A stretch of 64,000 bases of DNA, taken from an uncultured Pseudomonadota bacterium. Lineage in GTDB: Bacteria > Oederibacteriota > Muellerivitia > Muellerivitales > Muellerivitaceae. The DNA lies in the NCBI GenBank assembly GCA_963770835.1, contig CAVYRH010000026.1, forward strand, positions 819,102 through 883,101, in the 5' to 3' direction. Positions within the stretch are counted from its first letter, which is position 1. Each line of letters opens with the position of its first letter. The notes beneath the pieces are model-generated. The model ran no database searches and was not told where the DNA came from. It saw only the letters and a program-made list of their open reading frames with translations. Below are positions 59,571 through 64,000 of this stretch, in pieces. The position numbers and the translations under genes were made by a program.

Positions 59571-59721
59571 CGACGATGAATCAAACTGATATTCGCGTGT
59601 TAGACCCATTGCTGGTTCCAGGGACGCAAGATTTTCATTCGTCGGGAGCTGCCTCGATCTCTGATCGTGGGTCGTCGCAGGCTTAGGCCTTTGCGCCACA
59701 GAGTTGTACCGAGGGTTCTCC
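59571..59721 (-). ncRNA. Putative bridge/seek RNA of the IS110 element
   Basis: Two adjacent stem-internal-loop modules (GGAG..CCTCG/CGAGG..CTCC; CGACGAATGAA/TTCATCGTCG) with loop segments matching target (ACAACT) and donor (ATATCAG). Confidence 0.7.
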
Positions 59722-59769
59722 AAATCGTTGCCAAGCTTCCGGAAACAGGGTTCTTCCTTCATGACCTTG

Positions 59770-60873
59770 TTAAACCATTCCTGTTGTTTCCTGGGCGATG
59801 GCCCACACAAATCCAGCCAACTCCCGGGCTACGGCCACCACTACTTTTTGGATGGGCTTGTTACGTTGGGTCATTTTTAGAAACTTTTTGTACAGACGAT
59901 CCTGTGCTCTGCGGGCGATCTTTAAAATCTCCACCGGACAACCCTCCCGCCTTTTTTCTAAAACCACGCCGACCGACTTCCCATGGCGGTAACTCCAAGC
60001 CGATTCCACAAGAATCCGTCTCAAATGGGCGTTCCCGGTCTTGGTGATTCCTCCCCGACGGATTTTTCCACCTGAACTGCTTTCACATATCCCCAAACCC
60101 GCGTAACCCATGAAATTACGAGCGCTCTCAAATCGCCTCAAATCTTGGCCTTCCACCGCCAAGGTCATGGCGCTCAAGGTATCAACCCCTTTCAGGCACC
60201 TCAAATGCTTGACCAGTTTCCTGTAGGGTTCTTGGCTGGCCATCTCCTCCACTCGGCTCGTCAAACTCCTCAACCGCTCATCTGCCTCTTGCTTCCCGCG
60301 GACATATGCCTCGAAAGTCTCATGCAGTTCCAGAGGTTCGAACTTTTGGGTTTTCAGCCATGCCTCATGGGCTGATCTCCAATTCTTAGCTTCTCGAAAG
60401 ATACGACCTTGCCGAAGAAAGAAATTCGACAACCGGTGCCGGGCCTTTTGCCGGTCTTCTAGGGCATCCTCACGAACTCGAACCAGATCCCGACAGGCTT
60501 CCTCTTGGATGGTCGGAACCCGCACTTCCGTCAGCTCTCCCGCCCTCCAAAGACGGGCCAACTTTTCCGCATCTCGGCGGTCTGTCTTCACCCGATCCCC
60601 GGCTTTCACTGGAATTTTCCCAGGGGCGATTACGACGCACTTCAACCCCTTTTGGGTTAATTGCCGGTGGATGTCATATCCACAAGGGCCCGCCTCGTAC
60701 ACAAACGTTATTGACCCTCGTCCTTCGTACTTACCCAGCATTTTCCCCAATGCTTTTGGGGTGTTCTCGATTGTAAAAATATCCTTCACATTTTCGGCCC
60801 TAGCCGGCAGGACCGCACCTACCACCGTATCCTTATGGACATCCAACCCGACCACCGTGATATTATTTTCCAT
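59770..60873 (-). CDS. IS110-family DEDD recombinase/transposase
   Basis: VGLDVHK, YEAGPCG, KTDRRDA, ESSSGG, ITKTGN.HLR, AVAREL; GGAGGG RBS before ATG 60873. Confidence 0.96.
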   Translation of the reverse strand: MENNITVVGLDVHKDTVVGAVLPARAENVKDIFTIENTPKALGKMLGKYEGRGSITFVYEAGPCGYDIHRQLTQKGLKCVVIAPGKIPVKAGDRVKTDRRDAEKLARLWRAGELTEVRVPTIQEEACRDLVRVREDALEDRQKARHRLSNFFLRQGRIFREAKNWRSAHEAWLKTQKFEPLELHETFEAYVRGKQEADERLRSLTSRVEEMASQEPYRKLVKHLRCLKGVDTLSAMTLAVEGQDLRRFESARNFMGYAGLGICESSSGGKIRRGGITKTGNAHLRRILVESAWSYRHGKSVGVVLEKRREGCPVEILKIARRAQDRLYKKFLKMTQRNKPIQKVVVAVARELAGFVWAIAQETTGMV

Positions 60874-61274
60874 GAGCCAGCCCTCCGTATGCGGATAGGC
60901 TCCCTCAAGGAGCAACCCGCGAATTAGGGCCCTTCAACAAGGCCCGTTTTATTTTACGCAGGCCGCTGGCTCATTCATGTTATCTCTGTAGTACCAAAGC
61001 GCGAGGCCTTTGACAACAGGCACTATGCCGAGCGGCCAAGGGGGAAGTCGAACCTGTAAAGCCGCCGGAGGAGAGGTTGTCGGAAAGCCGTATGATCGAA
61101 AAGGTCACGTACGGTTTGACGAGGGGGCGCTGGAAACGAAGTGATGAGGGAACCTCGTTGGGGCACGGAACCGGAAACGGGGAAACAGATCAAGGAACCC
61201 TCTGCACACCATCGCGCCAGTGCTCTACTCTGCACTCCTTAAATCCTTAAAAGGTTCAGTAAGGAATAAACGGC

Positions 61275-62270
61275 ATGAAAAGTAAAATGAATAAAAAAAT
61301 ATTTTTGTTTATAACGCTATTGGTTTTTACTGCTATAACTTACGCGCAGAGTCCGATGACTAAAATTTCGGTTAATTGGATCGAAGCAACTGAAAAAGCT
61401 GACTTTCCTCTTCGCGCCGATCCCGCTTCGTTGGTTTATGACAACAAAATGTGGATCATCGGAGGAAATCATAGTTCGGGTTCATTTCTTAATGATGTTT
61501 GGTTTTCTACCGATGGGGTGAAATGGAATAGGGTTGTTAGTAAATCAGTTTTTTCTCCACGAACCAACCCTCCCGCTCTTGTTTTTAAAAATAAAATGTG
61601 GATTATCGGGGGATGGGCACTTATGGGCCCGTTGAACGATGTTTGGTCTTCTTCTGATGGCAGCAAATGGAAAAAAGTCCATTTGGTTGCGCCTTTCACG
61701 CCCGGTGATTACCAAGCTCTGGTATACGACAATAAAATGTGGCTCCTAGGTGGAAAAAAAATAAGTTTGAATCAGGCGAATGCGGAAGCAGAAGTTTGGT
61801 CATCTACAGATGGATCGAGGTGGGTCAAAGTTCTTGCGAAGACTCCCTTTTTCATGAACAAAGAACATACTTCTTTAGTTTACAACAATAAAATGTGGGT
61901 CATTGGAAAAGGAGATGACATAAATTATAAAGTTTCCACAAATGATAGTTGGTGCTCGACTGATGGAGTGAAATGGACAAGAGTTTCTTCTTCTGAACCA
62001 TTCCCGGTTGATTTTAGATTTTCTGTATTAGCTTATAAAGACGTAATGTTGGTTATTGCCGGTGATATGACAAATGACACTTGGTTTTCTGGTGATGGAA
62101 TGAAATGGGAAAAAGCATCTACTTCTTCAAATTTCCCTGTGCGTTTTGGCCAAATTTCTCTGGTGTATAAAAATCAAATCTGGGTCATTGGGGGAGAAAC
62201 AAAATTGTCTCTTTTAAAATGGTCGGAAGGTTGGACTAAAACGATCAGTGATGTTTGGCACACTTTCTGA
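61275..62270 (+). CDS. Secreted Kelch-like beta-propeller protein
   Basis: Signal peptide; six repeats of V(Y/F)xNKMWIIGG...NDVWxSxDGxxW. Confidence 0.85.
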   Translation: MKSKMNKKIFLFITLLVFTAITYAQSPMTKISVNWIEATEKADFPLRADPASLVYDNKMWIIGGNHSSGSFLNDVWFSTDGVKWNRVVSKSVFSPRTNPPALVFKNKMWIIGGWALMGPLNDVWSSSDGSKWKKVHLVAPFTPGDYQALVYDNKMWLLGGKKISLNQANAEAEVWSSTDGSRWVKVLAKTPFFMNKEHTSLVYNNKMWVIGKGDDINYKVSTNDSWCSTDGVKWTRVSSSEPFPVDFRFSVLAYKDVMLVIAGDMTNDTWFSGDGMKWEKASTSSNFPVRFGQISLVYKNQIWVIGGETKLSLLKWSEGWTKTISDVWHTF

Positions 62271-62335
62271 GCTTTGTTTAAAAAATGATAATTAAAAATT
62301 AAAAACAGATACAGGTTCGAGGGTATAAATCGGCA

Positions 62336-62363
62336 TGTCCACGACGGGGACCCGTCGTGGACA
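62336..62363. repeat. Perfect 13-bp GC-rich palindrome
   Basis: TGTCCACGACGGG-GA-CCCGTCGTGGACA. Confidence 0.9.
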
Positions 62364-62461
62364 CCTATTTCTCCTATTCTTACAGATTCATTTTGCTCCT
62401 CTTTGAAAACCATCCCAGATAAACGTGGAAATTCTTAAGTTTTATTCATCTGCCACAAGTT

Positions 62462-63124
62462 AGAAAATACCGCCCGAAGAGCGGTTTTTCTTTTTGCCTC
62501 TTTTTGCTATTTTCCATTCAAAAGAACGTGTCGGATTTTTAACACGGGGAATATACCCCGTGTTTTCAAAACTTGACCTTTGCTAGTTTTAACGAACCTG
62601 TAAACAGGACCTCAGACGACCTGTTCCAAAATATCCTCTTTTGGTAGTTTTAAATAACACCTGGAAAAGTCTAGGTGTTATTAAGAAAGTCCCCTTGATA
62701 GTTTTTTAAAACCTTTGGAGGTTGGTGGATTAGAAAAACGGCCTTAAGCGACCGTTTTTTAAACCCTCCTTCTTGATAGCCTTAAAATGAAATACGGCAT
62801 TTTTTGCCGTTTTAAAAACGGGTGGTTTTGGGTAGCTTTTGAAAAAACACGCTAACTACTTAGCGTTTATTTCAAATCTATCCATTGGTAGCCTGGGCCA
62901 GAACACGACATTTCGTGTCGTTTTGTTTAGGGGATTTTTTTGATAATTTGTTTAAAGGTTTAAAAACGCCCACGGATGGGCGTGTTTCTTTACCCCGTAG
63001 CTTGGTAGCTTGGAACAAGACACGTAATTCTGTTTCGTTTTATTTGTTGAAGTTTCTTGGTAGTTTTGAAAATCAAATACGTCCTGTTGCGGACGTTTTT
63101 CTTTAGGCTTCGTTCGGGTAGTGT
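62462..63124. repeat. Array of 11 degenerate hairpin / variable segment / (T/G)GnTAnnnT units upstream of an integrase
   Basis: 17-18-nt ACG...CGT-type cores at 62469, 62544, 62606, 62659, 62738, 62794, 62849, 62905, 62966, 63022, 63079, each followed 21 nt later (20 in one) by the G of the motif. Confidence 0.88.
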
Positions 63125-63125
63125 T

Positions 63126-63154
63126 TTGGTAAAAGCCTTGTCTCCTGGTAGAAT
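63126..63154 (+). promoter_or_regulatory. Sigma70-type promoter of the integrase
   Basis: TTGGTA-17 bp-TAGAAT with TG extension; AGGAGG RBS at 63173-63178. Confidence 0.6.
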
Positions 63155-63182
63155 GCGACTGTCAGGGACATTAGGAGGAATT

Positions 63183-64000
63183 ATGGCTAAACCTAATGTT
63201 CATGGATTGCCCCAACATCTCCGCAAGGATGATACGGGGTATTTCCTGGATTACTTTGTTGTGGAAGGGGGATTGAGGAAGCGCAAAAGGGTCCGATTGG
63301 GACAAATACCGGCGACACAGGCTAAGAAAATCCTGGCAGAACACACGCAAGAAATTGCGTCAGGGAAATTCCTTGCCGAGGATAAACCGGAAATAACATT
63401 CAACGAAGCGGCAGATTCGTTCTTGGCTTACTCCGAAGCAAGAAGGCGGAGTTACAAAAACGATCTTCAAATGGTGAAACGGCTCAAGGCCCAGTTTGGG
63501 AACAGGCTCTTGAAAAGTTTGAACCCCGATATCGTTGAGGGCTATTTGACCCAAAGGCGGAAAGCGGGCAACATCACCTTCAAGGGGAAGCCGCTTTCAA
63601 ATAGCACCCTCAACGGGGAACTTCGTACTCTCAAGTGTATTGCGAATCGGGCAGTCATTAACGGCCTGTTAGAAAAGAACCCCCTCGAAAGGGTTCGGGC
63701 CTTTAAGGAAAATGTCCGTGACCGCACTTTAACACCGGAGGAATACGAGGCGCTTTTGCGGTATTGCTCTCCGCGCCTAACTATCATCATCCAGTTGGCT
63801 TATTGGACTGGCATGAGAAAAGGCGAGATTCTGGGTTTGAGATGGGATCAGTTGGACTTCCAAAACAAGGTCGTCAACTTGGAAGCCGCGGATACTAAGA
63901 CCCAGGAGAAACGGGAAGTGCCGTTGACGGAGACCCTTATCGGTCTTCTGAAACGGATTCCCAAGACCCTTGGAAGCCCCTACGTTTTCACCCATAGGGG
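63183..64000 (+). CDS. Tyrosine recombinase/phage-type integrase, 3'-truncated by window edge (absent from the ORF track)
   Basis: Manual translation MAKPNVHG...TFNEAAD.FL...STLNGELRTLK...RDRTLTPEE...LAYWTGMRKGEILGLRWDQLD...TKTQEKREVPL. Confidence 0.95.
   Translation, partial: MAKPNVHGLPQHLRKDDTGYFLDYFVVEGGLRKRKRVRLGQIPATQAKKILAEHTQEIASGKFLAEDKPEITFNEAADSFLAYSEARRRSYKNDLQMVKRLKAQFGNRLLKSLNPDIVEGYLTQRRKAGNITFKGKPLSNSTLNGELRTLKCIANRAVINGLLEKNPLERVRAFKENVRDRTLTPEEYEALLRYCSPRLTIIIQLAYWTGMRKGEILGLRWDQLDFQNKVVNLEAADTKTQEKREVPLTETLIGLLKRIPKTLGSPYVFTHR

Larger units (their letters stand above)
59463..60987 (-). mobile_element. IS110-family (IS1111-type) insertion sequence
   Basis: 13-bp sub-terminal IRs ATGAATGAGCCAG (59466-59478) / CTGGCTCATTCAT (60966-60978), 3 and 7 nt from a shared CT core. 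Confidence 0.88.
58913..61233 (+). ncRNA. ORF-less group II intron, interrupted in domain IV by an IS110-family element
   Basis: Domain V AAGCCGTATGATCGAAAAGGTCACGTACGGTTT (61085-61117), domain VI with bulged A61227, domain III GGGGTC...GACCCC (59344-59400); both ends uncertain by a few nt. Confidence 0.88.

Noticed and set aside
59010..59810. ORFs 59010-59408, 59119-59388, 59148-59549 and 59526-59810
   Set aside because: They overlap structured intron domains and the IS non-coding end; no RT or other protein motifs
62885..63106. 73-aa ORF inside the array
   Set aside because: TTG start without RBS, low complexity, by-product of the repeat units
62462..63124. CRISPR array or integron attC array
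   Set aside because: No near-identical direct repeats, no cas genes in the window, no RYYYAAC/GTTRRRY boxes and no cassette ORFs; reported as an unclassified array instead

Overview
Bacterial chromosomal window; an outer-membrane porin-like gene suggests a diderm, but the lineage cannot be fixed from sequence alone. Most of 1-55 kb is housekeeping: aroC-aroK-aroB, three tRNAs, folate genes, tilS-ftsH-folE-folP-cdaA-cdaR-pdxJ, alaS-ruvX-mltG, ftsEX-envC-ctpA, tsaD, dusB, rsmI, PIN-PhoH, pdxA, rsmA, glmS, polA and tatA. Accessory elements: (i) an island of secreted proteins between pdxA and rsmA; its S53 protease part is flanked by a duplicated rsmA 5' end and broken by an IS5-family element plus a TAG; (ii) a GxxExxY nuclease gene bracketed by periodic inverted repeats, with a gene-less look-alike at 36.5 kb; (iii) a metal-uptake operon headed by a CxxC/RAPP leader ORF whose 3' end can pair with the next gene's Shine-Dalgarno; (iv) an ORF-less group II intron carrying an IS110/IS1111 element whose non-coding end looks like a bridge RNA matching its own insertion site; (v) the best candidate for a new system: an array of 11 geometrically fixed hairpin/variable-segment/TGnTAnnnT units (62462-63124) immediately upstream of a tyrosine integrase that runs off the window end. 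All calls come from reading the sequence and recognising motifs; no searches were run.
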